Shown piece after piece: positions 1 to 9,420 of a DNA stretch of 64,000 bases. The stretch is from assembly GCA_022763485.1 (NCBI GenBank), contig JALEGX010000016.1:2820-66819 (forward strand). The letters run 5' to 3'. The stretch comes from Paracoccaceae bacterium (GTDB taxonomy: Bacteria > Pseudomonadota > Alphaproteobacteria > Rhodobacterales > Rhodobacteraceae). Position 1 is the stretch's first letter; the number at the start of each line of letters is the position of its first letter. The position numbers and the translations under genes are program-made. The notes under the pieces were generated by a model. The model had not been told where the DNA came from and did no database searches. It was given only the letters and a program-made list of their open reading frames with translations.

Positions 1-54
1 CATGTGGAGGTCAAGCACCACGCGACAGAAGAGAATTGATAGGGGAATCGAGAC

Positions 55-399
55 ATGAGCGACCACATTCGCATCCGCAAGGCTACCGGTGTCTGGTCCG
101 TCCGTTCGGGCGGTGCAGTGCTGGGTGAAAGCAGAAACGCCTTGGAACTGAGCGAAGGGGACCTGCCGCCGGTGATCTATTTCCCGCGCGAAGACATCGC
201 GACGGCCCTGCTGGACCGCACCGACAAGACCACCCATTGCCCGCACAAGGGCGATGCCAGCTATTTCTCCATCGTGAACAAGTCTTCGGTGACCGAAAAC
301 GCGGTCTGGAGCTACGAAAACCCGCTGGAGGCCGTGGCCGAAATCAAGGACCACCTGGCCTTTGTGCTCAGCGAGTCGGTCAAGGTCGAACAGATCTGA
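55..399 (+). CDS. DUF427 domain-containing protein
   Basis: 114-aa ORF. The pattern (VIYFPREDI, THCPHKGDASYF, AVWSYENP) matches the DUF427 family as I remember it. An intrinsic terminator follows at 423-453. Confidence 0.8.
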   Translation: MSDHIRIRKATGVWSVRSGGAVLGESRNALELSEGDLPPVIYFPREDIATALLDRTDKTTHCPHKGDASYFSIVNKSSVTENAVWSYENPLEAVAEIKDHLAFVLSESVKVEQI

Positions 400-422
400 G
401 CCTCCCCGATTTGGAGGTGTGG

Positions 423-453
423 CGGGAGGGCAAGTGCCCTCCCGTTTTCTTTT
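423..453 (+). terminator. Rho-independent terminator after the DUF427 gene
   Basis: Perfect 9-bp stem CGGGAGGGC (423-431) / GCCCTCCCG (436-444), 4-nt loop AAGT, then a T-rich run TTTTCTTTT (445-453). Confidence 0.8.
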
Positions 454-534
454 GTACCAACACTCTTGCCCGCGCTTGCGAACGGTGGACGGCTCGGCCA
501 ATCTGCGCCGAGCCCGCAAGGAGACTGATCGACC

Positions 535-1701
535 GTGTCCAAATCTCTGCCCCCGTTCCAGACCGTTACAACCGGGCTTGTCGTGGCCGTTGTCGGCTTC
601 TTCAGCTCTTTTCCGATCTTGCTGCAGGGGCTGAACGCCATGCAGGCCGATGCCGCCCAATCGGCGGCGGGGCTGATGGCCGCTGCAATCTCCATGGGGC
701 TGGCCGGGATCGTGCTCAGCCTTTGGCGGCGGGAACCGGTCAGCGTGGCCTGGTCCACACCGGGTGTGGCCCTGCTTGCGGTCAGCGCAGCCCCGGAAAG
801 CGGCTTTGCCGGGGCGGTCGGCGCGTTCCTGTTTGCCGGGCTGCTGACGGTGATTGCCGGGCTCTGGAAACCGCTCAGCCGTCTGGCCGCGGCCATTCCG
901 GCCAGCATCGCCCAGGCCATGCTTGCGGGGGTGCTGCTGTCGCTCTGTCTGGTGCCGTTCCGGGCGCTGGCCGAAGCCCCTGCGCAGGCAGCACCGATCA
1001 TCCTGACCTGGTTCATCGCCGGTCGGGTCAACCGTCTGGCCGCCGTTCCAGCCGCCGTCATCGCGGCGGCCATCGTGATCTATGTCGATGCCGGGTCCCA
1101 GCTGCAAGGCAGCCCTCAATGGATCAGCCCCCCGGTCTGGGTCACACCCAGCTTTTCGCTGAGCACCCTTGTGGGCATCGGCGTGCCGCTCTTCATCGTC
1201 ACCATGGCAACACAGAACATTCCCGGCGTCGCGGTGATGCGCAGCTATGGCTATGGCGAACGCTCCGGCCCGCTGGTCGCTGCGGTTGGCGGTTTCAGCG
1301 TGTTGAGCGCGCCCCTGGGGGCCCCTGCCACCTGTCTGGCGGCCATCACCGCCGCGATGTGCGCCAATGAAGACTCCCACCCCGACCCGCGTCAGCGGTA
1401 TTGGACCGCCGTCTTTGCCGGTGGGTTCTACTGCCTGCTGGGGTTGTTTTCAGCGGTAATCACCGGCTTTGTCGCCTTTGCCCCGCCGTTAGTTGTGGGC
1501 ACGCTGGCCGGTGTTGCACTGCTGGGGGTGCTGGGCAATTCCGCTGCTGCCGCCTTTGAACAGCCTCAGGATCGCGAAGCCGCAGTCATGACGTTTCTGA
1601 TCACCGCGTCGGGTGTGACCATTCTGGGCATGGGCGGCGCGGTCTGGGGCCTGCTGGCAGGCTGCGCCATTCACATCTTCAACACCAGGCTGCGCCGCTG
1701 A
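535..1701 (+). CDS. BenE-family benzoate/H+ symporter-like membrane transporter
   Basis: 388-aa polytopic hydrophobic ORF. Overall resemblance to the BenE family, recalled rather than searched. GTG start at 535 as given by the ORF track. Confidence 0.7.
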   Translation: MSKSLPPFQTVTTGLVVAVVGFFSSFPILLQGLNAMQADAAQSAAGLMAAAISMGLAGIVLSLWRREPVSVAWSTPGVALLAVSAAPESGFAGAVGAFLFAGLLTVIAGLWKPLSRLAAAIPASIAQAMLAGVLLSLCLVPFRALAEAPAQAAPIILTWFIAGRVNRLAAVPAAVIAAAIVIYVDAGSQLQGSPQWISPPVWVTPSFSLSTLVGIGVPLFIVTMATQNIPGVAVMRSYGYGERSGPLVAAVGGFSVLSAPLGAPATCLAAITAAMCANEDSHPDPRQRYWTAVFAGGFYCLLGLFSAVITGFVAFAPPLVVGTLAGVALLGVLGNSAAAAFEQPQDREAAVMTFLITASGVTILGMGGAVWGLLAGCAIHIFNTRLRR

Positions 1702-3390
1702 TCAGCTGTGCTCCTCGGCAGCGGTTGCGGCAAGGGCGCGGTTGTAGGCTTTGAGCGCATCCACATGGTAGAGCGCCCCGATCACCTCGGGCGTGTCTGC
1801 CCCGTCTTCGTGAATGACAACCGGCAGGAACGGCAGGTCGGCCCTGTCGAAGATCGGCATTGCCGCCTCCAGGGTTGAGGACGCCTGAATGCACAAGCCG
1901 TCCTCGACCAGCGGCTCGCACTCTTCGACCGGCGCACACCGGGGGGTCCCAAGCGGACGCATCACCGCCCCTGCCCGCAGCATGGCCAGCAGATAAGCCT
2001 GCGGTCCGGCGGCGCAGTGGATGTCACGTTTTTCCAGCTGTGTCAGGAAGAACGAGCGATCCACAAGGCGGGATGCCAACGCGGTTGAGATGGAGACCGA
2101 CACCATGACGGCCAGGCCGATCTGCCAATCCCCCGTCAGCTCAAACACGATCAACGTTGTGGAGATCGGCGCGCCCAGCACTGCGGCGGCCACCGCCCCC
2201 ATCCCGGCAAAGGCGTAAAGCGTATGGGTGCCCGACACATCCGGCAGCACACCCGTGGCGATCCAGCCGAAGGCCAGCCCGGTCAGCGCGCCGATCATCA
2301 GCGACGGGGAAAAGACCCCGCCCCCCATGCGTCCGCCCATGGTGATGGCCCCGGCAGCGGTCTTGACGATGGCAAACAGGATCGCCTGCGACAGCACCAG
2401 CGTGCCCGACAGCGCCAGAAGCGTCGTCTCATAACCAACCCCGATGATATGGGGGAACGGGATGGCAATGCAGCCCAGCAGAAATCCCGCCACGGCCGGA
2501 CGGCTCCACCTGGGCATCGACAGCGTGTTCTGCACATGGGTGCCAAAGGCATCCGCCCAGAAGATCGACTTCATCCAGATCACCGCAACAAGACCACAGA
2601 TCACGCCCAGCAACAGAAAGGCCGGAAGTTCCACATAGAATTGCAGCGCACCGGGGGTGGTCAGGGTGAACTCGGTGACATCGCCATAGGCCAGACGGTT
2701 GATCACGGTGCCTGCAACCGAGGCCACAACAATGGGCGCAAAGGCGTGCACCGCGAAGTGGCGCAACACCACCTCCAGCGCAAAAAGCGCCCCGGCAATC
2801 GGCGCGTTGAATGAGGCCGACACCGCCGCCGCCACGGCGCAGCCCAACAGGTCCCGCCCAGTGATCCCGTCGGCGTGGATCCGGTTGGACACCCAGGTCG
2901 AGATCACCCCGGCCATATGCACAACAGGTCCTTCGCGCCCGGTGGACCCGCCCAGCGACAATGTCAGGAAGGACGCCGCGGCAGAGGCCAGCCCCTCCTT
3001 TACCTCAACCCGGCCATCGGTCAACGCCGCCCCCTCGATCACGTCAGCAACAGAGCGCACGCGCCCGTCCGGGGTAAAGCGGTCCAGGATCAGGCCCACG
3101 ATCAGCCCGCCCACCGTCGGAATGATCAGGAACCAGTACCAGCTGAGCGAGTCGACCAGCGAATGCAGGAAATGGACGTCATGAACCCCATAGGCCCAGG
3201 CCTGCAACGCGGTGATCCCCATGCGGAAAAACAGCGCCGCGAACCCGGCGCCGATGCCAATGGCCAGCGCGATGAACCAGAACTGGATCTGGCTTGGGCC
3301 ACGGTGCAGCAGCACGCGCCATGCATCGCGAAGCTGGGTTGAGGCCTGCGCCAGCTGGGTTGCAAGGAATTGCCGCGTTGAATTTGCCAT
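1702..3390 (-). CDS. ClC-family voltage-gated chloride channel / H+-Cl- antiporter with C-terminal CBS-like region
   Basis: 562-aa membrane protein carrying ClC selectivity motifs GSTGREGP and GAPISTTLIVFELTGDW, plus a soluble C-terminal tail. Confidence 0.9.
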   Translation of the reverse strand: MANSTRQFLATQLAQASTQLRDAWRVLLHRGPSQIQFWFIALAIGIGAGFAALFFRMGITALQAWAYGVHDVHFLHSLVDSLSWYWFLIIPTVGGLIVGLILDRFTPDGRVRSVADVIEGAALTDGRVEVKEGLASAAASFLTLSLGGSTGREGPVVHMAGVISTWVSNRIHADGITGRDLLGCAVAAAVSASFNAPIAGALFALEVVLRHFAVHAFAPIVVASVAGTVINRLAYGDVTEFTLTTPGALQFYVELPAFLLLGVICGLVAVIWMKSIFWADAFGTHVQNTLSMPRWSRPAVAGFLLGCIAIPFPHIIGVGYETTLLALSGTLVLSQAILFAIVKTAAGAITMGGRMGGGVFSPSLMIGALTGLAFGWIATGVLPDVSGTHTLYAFAGMGAVAAAVLGAPISTTLIVFELTGDWQIGLAVMVSVSISTALASRLVDRSFFLTQLEKRDIHCAAGPQAYLLAMLRAGAVMRPLGTPRCAPVEECEPLVEDGLCIQASSTLEAAMPIFDRADLPFLPVVIHEDGADTPEVIGALYHVDALKAYNRALAATAAEEHS

Positions 3391-3504
3391 CTATGGGTCC
3401 GAAGCTCTTTCTTCCTTCTTATGCCCTTTGGCACAGACAGGAAAACCGATTTGCCCGGAGATCACGCAAATTTGGCGGGAAGGACGGGTCCTTTCCCAAT
3501 GCGC

Positions 3505-5154
3505 TCACCCATCCAACAGTGAGCGCGCCGCAGCGCGGGCCTCTTCGGTGATCGTGTCCCCCGACACCATGCGGGCGATCTCATCCACGCGTTCGGCCAG
3601 GTCCAGGGGCACGACAGAGGACAGCGTGATCTCATTCACCACGGCCTTCTGCACCCGCCAGTGGTGGGCCCCACGCGCCGCAACCTGCGGTGAATGCGTG
3701 ACCACCAGCACTTGCCCGCCATTGGACAGCGCCGCCAAACGACGGCCAACCGCGTCTGCTGTCGCCCCGCCAACACCCCGGTCGATCTCGTCGAAAATCA
3801 GCGTTTTGCCGCGCTCATCGCCCCGCAGGCACACTTTGAGCGCCAGCAGGAAACGGCTCAGCTCGCCGCCGGACGCGATCTTGTTCAACGGCCCCGACGG
3901 GGCGCCCGGGTTGGTGGCGACCGTAAAGGCCACCTGATCCGTACCCTCCGGTCCCGGCTCGGCATCGGTGATCTCGGTGCAGAAAACCGCGCGCTCCATC
4001 TTCAGCGGCGCAAGCTCTTTCATCACCGCCTGATCCAACCGCTCCGCAGCGGTGCGACGCTTCGCACTCAACACCGCGGCCGCAGCCTCGAACTCGGCAC
4101 CTGCGGCTTTCAGGTCCGCCTCTAGCTGCGCCAGATTCGCGTCCCCTGCATCCAAGGAGGCCAGACGCTCGCGCAGGCGGTCCGCCAGACCGGCCAGATC
4201 ATCGGCCAGAACATCATGTTTGCGGGCCAGCGCGCGAATGGCGAACAGGCGTTCCTCGGTCGCTTCCAGCTCGGCCGGGTTGAACTCCAGCGCGTCCAGA
4301 CAACGGGCCACGCCATCCTGCGCCTCGCCCAGCTCGATCTGTGCCCGGTTCAGGGCTTCCAGCGGTTCGGTCAGCATGTCGTCCGCCTGGTCGCTGACGC
4401 CATCCAGCCAACGCACCGCTTCGCTCATCGCGCCTTCGGCGGCCTGGCCACCCAGCAGTTCCAGCGCGCGGGCTACGTCATCGCGAATTTTCTCGGCCGC
4501 CTGCATCTGCCGACGGCGTGCGTCCAATGCGGCGTCTTCCCCCGGCTCGGGGCTGAGCTTGTCCAGCTCTGCCACCGCGTGACGCAGGAATTCCTCCTCG
4601 GTGCGGATCGCCTCCAGCGCGTCGCGGGTGCGCTCGACCTCTCGCCGCAGCGCGGACTGCGCCCGCCAGGCCGCTTTGACGGCCTCCAGTTCGGCTTGGG
4701 TTTCGGCAAAACTGTCCAGCAGGATGCGGTGCCCCTTGGGGTCCAGCAGACCGCGATCATCATGCTGGCCGTGCAGCTCGATCAGTGTTTCGGACAGCTG
4801 GCGCAGCACTTCACCGGAACACCGCCGGTCATTGACCCATGCGGTTTTACGGCCCTCGGCAGTATTGACCCGCCGCAGCAACAGCGTGTCGGCCTGCGGC
4901 AGGCCGGCCTCTTCCAACACCAGATGCGCGGGGTGATCGGCAGGCAAGTCGAATTCGGCGGTGACCTCACCCTGGGCTGCGCCCTGACGGACCAGATCGG
5001 CCCTGCCCCGCCAGCCCAGGACAAACCCCAGACTGTCCAGCAGGATCGATTTGCCCGCGCCGGTTTCGCCGGTCAGAACATTCAGCCCGGGCTGAAAGCT
5101 CAATTCCAGATGATCGATGATCAGCAGATCCCGGATTTCCAGAGCCAGAAGCAT
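3505..5154 (-). CDS. recN: DNA repair protein RecN
   Basis: 549 aa. N-terminal Walker A GETGAGKS, long coiled-coil middle, C-terminal ABC/SMC signature ASGGELSR and Walker B LIFDEID. Confidence 0.95.
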   Translation of the reverse strand: MLLALEIRDLLIIDHLELSFQPGLNVLTGETGAGKSILLDSLGFVLGWRGRADLVRQGAAQGEVTAEFDLPADHPAHLVLEEAGLPQADTLLLRRVNTAEGRKTAWVNDRRCSGEVLRQLSETLIELHGQHDDRGLLDPKGHRILLDSFAETQAELEAVKAAWRAQSALRREVERTRDALEAIRTEEEFLRHAVAELDKLSPEPGEDAALDARRRQMQAAEKIRDDVARALELLGGQAAEGAMSEAVRWLDGVSDQADDMLTEPLEALNRAQIELGEAQDGVARCLDALEFNPAELEATEERLFAIRALARKHDVLADDLAGLADRLRERLASLDAGDANLAQLEADLKAAGAEFEAAAAVLSAKRRTAAERLDQAVMKELAPLKMERAVFCTEITDAEPGPEGTDQVAFTVATNPGAPSGPLNKIASGGELSRFLLALKVCLRGDERGKTLIFDEIDRGVGGATADAVGRRLAALSNGGQVLVVTHSPQVAARGAHHWRVQKAVVNEITLSSVVPLDLAERVDEIARMVSGDTITEEARAAARSLLDG

Positions 5155-5194
5155 AGCAGTTTCCGTCAGTCGCGCGTTTGAACGCCGTCCATCG

Positions 5195-6043
5195 TCAGAG
5201 CCACTTGCCCTTGACCATCTGACGGTAAATTTTGCTCAGCCAGTTGTTGCCACGATCCTTGAGCTTCAGCCCCTGGCTGGTCAGCAGTTTGTAGCTGTCT
5301 TCGTACCATTCTGTGGACTGGAAGTTATAGCCCAGAATTGCGCCTGCGGTCTGTGCCTCATCGGTCAGGCCAAGCGACAGATACGCTTCGACCAGACGGT
5401 GCAGCGCTTCGGCTGTGTGGGTGGTCGTCTGGAAATCTTCGACAACCACCCGGAAACGGTTGATCGCAGCGGTGTAGTGTTCCCGGCGCAGGTAGTAACG
5501 GCCGATTTCCATTTCCTTGGCGGCCAGGTGGTCAAACGCCAGGTCAAACTTCAGGATCGCAGAGCTGGCATATTCGCTGTCCGGATAGATCTCGATCACC
5601 TTGCGCAGCGATTGCAGTGCCTGGAACGTCAGCCCCTGATCGCGGCCGACTTCGTCAATCTGGTCATAGTAGCTGAGCGCCAGAAGGTATTGCGCATAAG
5701 CCGCGTCTTCGTCGGTCGGGTAGAAATCGATGAAACGCTGCGCGGCAGCGCGGCTGTTTTCATAGTCCGACCCGGCATGGAAGGCATAGGCCTGCATGAT
5801 CAACGCGCGCTTGGCCCAGCTGGAATAGGGGTAAAGGCGTTCGATTTCAGAGAAATAGAAGGCCGCTTCCTCAGTTTGCGACCGCGACAGTTCAAACTCG
5901 CCACGTTCGAAAATCTGCTCCGCCGTGTACTGTTCCAGCGCAATGGACCGGTCAACGTTGGAAGACCCCCCGCTGCACCCGGCCAGGGCAGCCGTCAGAA
6001 GAAGAACGCCAAGTGCTTTCGCGCCAGATCTACTGCGGACCAT
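5195..6043 (-). CDS. bamD: Outer membrane protein assembly factor BamD (YfiO)
   Basis: 282 aa. Lipoprotein signal with lipobox LAGC, TPR-like helical repeats, and the conserved position next to lpxC/recN seen in alphaproteobacteria. Confidence 0.85.
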   Translation of the reverse strand: MVRSRSGAKALGVLLLTAALAGCSGGSSNVDRSIALEQYTAEQIFERGEFELSRSQTEEAAFYFSEIERLYPYSSWAKRALIMQAYAFHAGSDYENSRAAAQRFIDFYPTDEDAAYAQYLLALSYYDQIDEVGRDQGLTFQALQSLRKVIEIYPDSEYASSAILKFDLAFDHLAAKEMEIGRYYLRREHYTAAINRFRVVVEDFQTTTHTAEALHRLVEAYLSLGLTDEAQTAGAILGYNFQSTEWYEDSYKLLTSQGLKLKDRGNNWLSKIYRQMVKGKWL

Positions 6044-6060
6044 GATCGAATATCCTCACC

Positions 6061-6117
6061 TTGCACCGGAAGTTAAACACGGATGCAGTCGGTCTAGCAC
6101 ATTCATTTCCGGTGCAA
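6061..6117. repeat. Perfect 11-bp inverted repeat in the lpxC-bamD intergenic region
   Basis: TTGCACCGGAA (6061-6071) and TTCCGGTGCAA (6107-6117), with a 35-nt spacer. No U-tract follows on either strand. Confidence 0.6.
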
Positions 6118-6179
6118 AACGCTTTAACGACCTAGAAAGCTCAGATGAGCGTCTTTCCCTCATGCGCCTTCGAAGTCGC

Positions 6180-7112
6180 TCAGGCCACGTGCCGTGCTTC
6201 GGCCGGGATTTCGGACCAGACCAGCCCCTCGCCCGGCAGCAGCGCTGCTGTTTCCGAGTCGCATTCCACCAGTTCAACCGCGCCCGGTGTATCAAAGAGA
6301 GCGCGCAGCAATGTATTGGTCAGCGCATGACCCGCGCGTTCGCCCACGTAGTGCCCCAGGATCGGACAACCAGCCAAGGCCAGATCCCCCAGCGCGTCCA
6401 GCATCTTGTGACGGACGGCTTCATCTGCATGACGCAGACCACCGGGGCTCAGCACCTCTTCGCCATCCACGACAACCGCATTTTCAAGGGTCCCGCCCAG
6501 GGCCAGCCCGTTGGCACGCATGTGATCCACATCCGCCTGACGGCAGAAGGTGCGGCTATCGCAAAGCTCACGGGCAAAGGTGCCATTGCGCATGTCCAGC
6601 GTCTTGCTCTGCTTACCGATTGCGGCGTCGGCGAAATCGATATGGAACTCGATCTCCAACCGGTCCGCCGGGCCGATGGTGGCCTTGGCGTCGCCATTTT
6701 CAACAGTCACGGTCTTCAGCACCTTCAGGGCCTTGACCGGGGTGGACAGGCGGCGCAGTCCACGCGCCATGATCGCCCGTACAAACGGAACCGAAGATCC
6801 ATCTACGATCGGCACTTCGGGGCCGTCGATTTCGATCAGAGCGTTGTGCACACCACAGCCGGCCAGCGCAGCCATGATATGTTCAACTGTCGAAACAGAG
6901 ACGCCCATGCGGTTGATCAGTCGGGTGCACAGAGGGGTGCGCTCTACCAGGTCCCAGCGTGCGGGAACCAGCGTGTCGCCCAAGGCGATGTCGGTCCGAC
7001 GAAAGACAATCCCGAAATTGGCAGCAGCGGGACGGAGCACCATCCGAACCGGTTTGCCCGAGTGCAGGCCAACGCCGTCGAATACGATCGAACCTTTAAG
7101 CGTATTTTGCAA
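6180..7112 (-). CDS. lpxC: UDP-3-O-acyl-N-acetylglucosamine deacetylase LpxC
   Basis: Typical LpxC N-terminus QNTLKGSIVFDGVGLHSGKPV and HKMLDALGDL motif. The track ORF extends to 7163. The family-typical N-terminus fits a TTG start at 7112, so the start is uncertain. Confidence 0.9.
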   Translation of the reverse strand: MQNTLKGSIVFDGVGLHSGKPVRMVLRPAAANFGIVFRRTDIALGDTLVPARWDLVERTPLCTRLINRMGVSVSTVEHIMAALAGCGVHNALIEIDGPEVPIVDGSSVPFVRAIMARGLRRLSTPVKALKVLKTVTVENGDAKATIGPADRLEIEFHIDFADAAIGKQSKTLDMRNGTFARELCDSRTFCRQADVDHMRANGLALGGTLENAVVVDGEEVLSPGGLRHADEAVRHKMLDALGDLALAGCPILGHYVGERAGHALTNTLLRALFDTPGAVELVECDSETAALLPGEGLVWSEIPAEARHVA

Positions 7113-7221
7113 GATGAGCCTCGTTCCCCAATGTCCGGCATCCCCAGCACCGTGTTGGCGCAAGAGGTAACGATGGAAGCGGCTCGGCTCAACTCAATCT
7201 TTGCAACGCAATGAAACATAC

Positions 7222-7262
7222 ATGTAACAGATCGGCAAAACATCGCCTATTACCTGTTACAT
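7222..7262. promoter_or_regulatory. Perfect 9-bp inverted repeat upstream of lpxC (candidate operator)
   Basis: ATGTAACAG (7222-7230) and CTGTTACAT (7254-7262), 23-nt spacer. It lies between the ftsZ terminator and the lpxC start. Confidence 0.4.
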
Positions 7263-7275
7263 AGCTGATCTTAAA

Positions 7276-7305
7276 CGAAAAAGAGCCGCCCGAAGGCGGC
7301 TCTTT
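7276..7305 (-). terminator. Rho-independent terminator after ftsZ
   Basis: Minus strand reads AAAGAGCCGCC-TTCG-GGCGGCTCTTT followed by TTCGTTT. It sits about 20 nt after the ftsZ stop. Confidence 0.8.
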
Positions 7306-7325
7306 CACGTCACATTGTGACTATA

Positions 7326-9011
7326 TCAGTTCGCCTGACGACGCAGGAAAGCGGGAATTTCGATCCGGTCCTGGTCCGGGTTCTGCGCCTGCTGCGGCTG
7401 TGCCGCGACGTCACTTTGCGGCATCTGCTGAGGTGCGGACTGCTGCGCGGGCGTGTCGCCAGCATGGCCAGTCATACGGTGGATCAGCGAATTCAGGCCG
7501 AAACGCCCACCGCCACCCTGTGCCGCTGCGGGCTGCTGTTGCTGTTGCTGCGGCGGTTCAGGCGCGCGCACCGGCTGCGGTGCGGCCTGACCACGCTGCG
7601 GTGCCGGGGCTGCGCGCTGCGCTGCGGCCTGCAGGCGCACGATGGCTTCCGGAGACGGCGTGCCCGGTGCGGGCGGCTTCGGCGCAACAAAGGCGGCCGG
7701 TGCATCCTCTACGGCGTCTGCCTGCGGCTCGAACGCGGGAACGGCGGGCTGATAGGCCGGCGGCGGCAGGCCATCATCGTCCAGCAGTTCCGGCTCTTCA
7801 AAGATGTCCTCGGCCTGCTCTTGCGCGGCCACATCCTCGATCCCCATGCCTTCAAACAGCGACGGCTCCTGAACCTGCTCAGCAGCGGGGGCCGCAGCGG
7901 CGGGGGCAACAGGAGCGGCCTCAGGCGCGCTGGCGACAACCGGCTCGTTCAGCTCCAGCGGGGCCGGACGCTCTTCTGCGGCAATGGTCTTCTTCAGCGG
8001 CGCAGCCATCGGGCGGCGCGGAACCGGGATATCGGTCTGCACGTCGGTGGCGTCGATGCCGGTTGCAACAACGGAAACCCGCATGCCGCCTTCCATGGCG
8101 GTGTCCAGGGTCGAACCCACGATGATGTTCGCATCCGGATCGACCTGCTCGCGAATGCAGTTCGCAGCTTCGTCCAGTTCGAACAGGGTCAGGTCGTGAC
8201 CACCGGTGATGTTGATCAGGACGCCCTTCGCACCGCGCAGGCTGATCTCATCCAGCAGCGGGTTGGCGATGGCCTTCTCGGCCGCCTGGATGGCGCGATC
8301 TTCGCCCTCGGCCTCGCCGGTGCCCATCATCGCCTTGCCCATCTCATCCATCACGGCGCGCACGTCCGCAAAGTCGAGGTTGATCAGGCCCGGACGGACC
8401 ATCAGGTCGGTCACACCCTTCACACCCTGATACAGCACGTCGTCTGCCATGCTGAAGGCTTCGGTGAAGGTGGTCTTTTCGTTGGCCAGACGGAACAGGT
8501 TTTGGTTCGGGATGATGATCAGCGTGTCGACCACCTTCTGCAGAGCCTCAACACCGTCTTCTGCCTGGCGCATGCGCTTGGCGCCTTCGAACTGGAACGG
8601 CTTGGTGACAACACCAACCGTCAGAACACCCAGTTCACGCGCAGCCTGTGCGATGATTGGCGCTGCACCGGTTCCGGTACCGCCGCCCATGCCGGCCGTG
8701 ATGAAGCACATGTGCGATCCGGCCAGATGGTCCACGATCTGCTCAATGCTTTCTTCTGCTGCTGCCGAACCGACCGACGGGCGCGCACCTGCACCCAGGC
8801 CTTCGGTCACCTTGACACCAAGCTGTACACGGCTGGGGGCCGAGCTTTGCTGCAGCGCCTGCGCATCCGTGTTGGCAACGACGAAATCGACGCCGTCCAG
8901 TTCCTTGGCAATCATGTTGTTGACAGCGTTCCCGCCAGCCCCACCGACGCCGAATACGGTGATCCGGGGTTTCAAGTCATCCTGACCGGGCATCGAAAGG
9001 TTCAATGTCAT
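7326..9011 (-). CDS. ftsZ: Cell division protein FtsZ
   Basis: 561 aa. Tubulin signature [10 protein letters not shown], a long P/A/Q-rich linker typical of alphaproteobacteria, and the conserved C-terminal peptide [11 protein letters not shown]. Confidence 0.97.
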   Translation of the reverse strand: MTLNLSMPGQDDLKPRITVFGVGGAGGNAVNNMIAKELDGVDFVVANTDAQALQQSSAPSRVQLGVKVTEGLGAGARPSVGSAAAEESIEQIVDHLAGSHMCFITAGMGGGTGTGAAPIIAQAARELGVLTVGVVTKPFQFEGAKRMRQAEDGVEALQKVVDTLIIIPNQNLFRLANEKTTFTEAFSMADDVLYQGVKGVTDLMVRPGLINLDFADVRAVMDEMGKAMMGTGEAEGEDRAIQAAEKAIANPLLDEISLRGAKGVLINITGGHDLTLFELDEAANCIREQVDPDANIIVGSTLDTAMEGGMRVSVVATGIDATDVQTDIPVPRRPMAAPLKKTIAAEERPAPLELNEPVVASAPEAAPVAPAAAAPAAEQVQEPSLFEGMGIEDVAAQEQAEDIFEEPELLDDDGLPPPAYQPAVPAFEPQADAVEDAPAAFVAPKPPAPGTPSPEAIVRLQAAAQRAAPAPQRGQAAPQPVRAPEPPQQQQQQPAAAQGGGGRFGLNSLIHRMTGHAGDTPAQQSAPQQMPQSDVAAQPQQAQNPDQDRIEIPAFLRRQAN

Positions 9012-9072
9012 GCTCTGTCCGCCTGTTTCCGCTTAACGTTGTTCACCTGTCACAGCAGGCGTTTTTTCAATC

Positions 9073-9081
9073 CTATCCACA
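9073..9081. promoter_or_regulatory. DnaA-box-like site (CTATCCACA, 1 mismatch) upstream of ftsZ
   Basis: 8/9 match to the TTATCCACA consensus, 62 nt upstream of the ftsZ ATG. Confidence 0.4.
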
Positions 9082-9208
9082 GCAACCTTACCTTGCAGCG
9101 GGACTCCCGTCACCCAAAAAAGCGAATTTGCCCACAAAATATGGCCCCCAAAGGCCAGTTTTTCGCGGGATTTCGCCGATTTGAGCAGATTTTGGGGTTT
9201 AGACCAGA

Positions 9209-9255
9209 TTATCCACAACGCACAAGAGCAATCCACTGCCTTGGGCTGTGGATAA
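9209..9255. promoter_or_regulatory. Inverted pair of perfect DnaA boxes in the ftsA-ftsZ intergenic region
   Basis: TTATCCACA at 9209-9217 and its exact reverse complement TGTGGATAA at 9247-9255, with a 29-nt spacer. Confidence 0.55.
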
Positions 9256-9420
9256 AATGAAAGACTCGCCAAACACGTGGCTAATCTTTTGTTGTCTTGT
9301 GCAGGTCCTGCCCGGCCCTGAATGCGCAGTTTTTGTTTTTGCGTCTTCCTTCAATCTAGGAGCAAACGGGGGCCCTGTCATCCCAAAAAGCACCGGGCCA
9401 CCGCGAATTGCCAACGCGAT

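Noticed and set aside
237-1370. Out-of-frame and antisense ORFs overlapping the DUF427 and BenE genes (237-1370 +, 312-1073 -, 362-634 +)
   Set aside because: Their Arg/Pro/Gly-rich composition and overlap with better-supported genes argue against them. There is no independent evidence for coding.
1695-1708. Back-to-back stop codons of the convergent BenE and ClC genes inside the palindrome GCTGATCAGC
   Set aside because: It is a curiosity with zero intergenic spacing, and a 10-bp palindrome built on TGA/TCA is readily explained by chance. No terminator or other structure was seen.
3477-3497. Imperfect hairpin GGGAAGGAC-GG-GTCCTTTCCC just downstream of recN, as a possible terminator
   Set aside because: The stem has a bulge and the following minus-strand tract (GCCAAATTTGCG) is a weak U-run. 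Confidence is too low to list it as a feature.
9141-9165. Short hairpin TGGCC-CCCAAA-GGCCA followed by GTTTTTC in the ftsA-ftsZ spacer, as a possible terminator
   Set aside because: It has only a 5-bp stem. The T-run is on the plus strand, where no upstream gene exists, and on the minus strand the downstream tract is weak. Evidence is insufficient.
7317-9260. 647-aa plus-strand ORF opposite ftsZ. Similar long antisense ORFs occur at 9322-11259, 14934-17477, 26825-28744, 33593-35236, 37615-38667, 43495-44865 and 62722-63942.
   Set aside because: All are Arg/Gly/His/Pro-rich, overlap well-recognised genes on the other strand, and lack motifs. These are shadow ORFs of GC-rich DNA.
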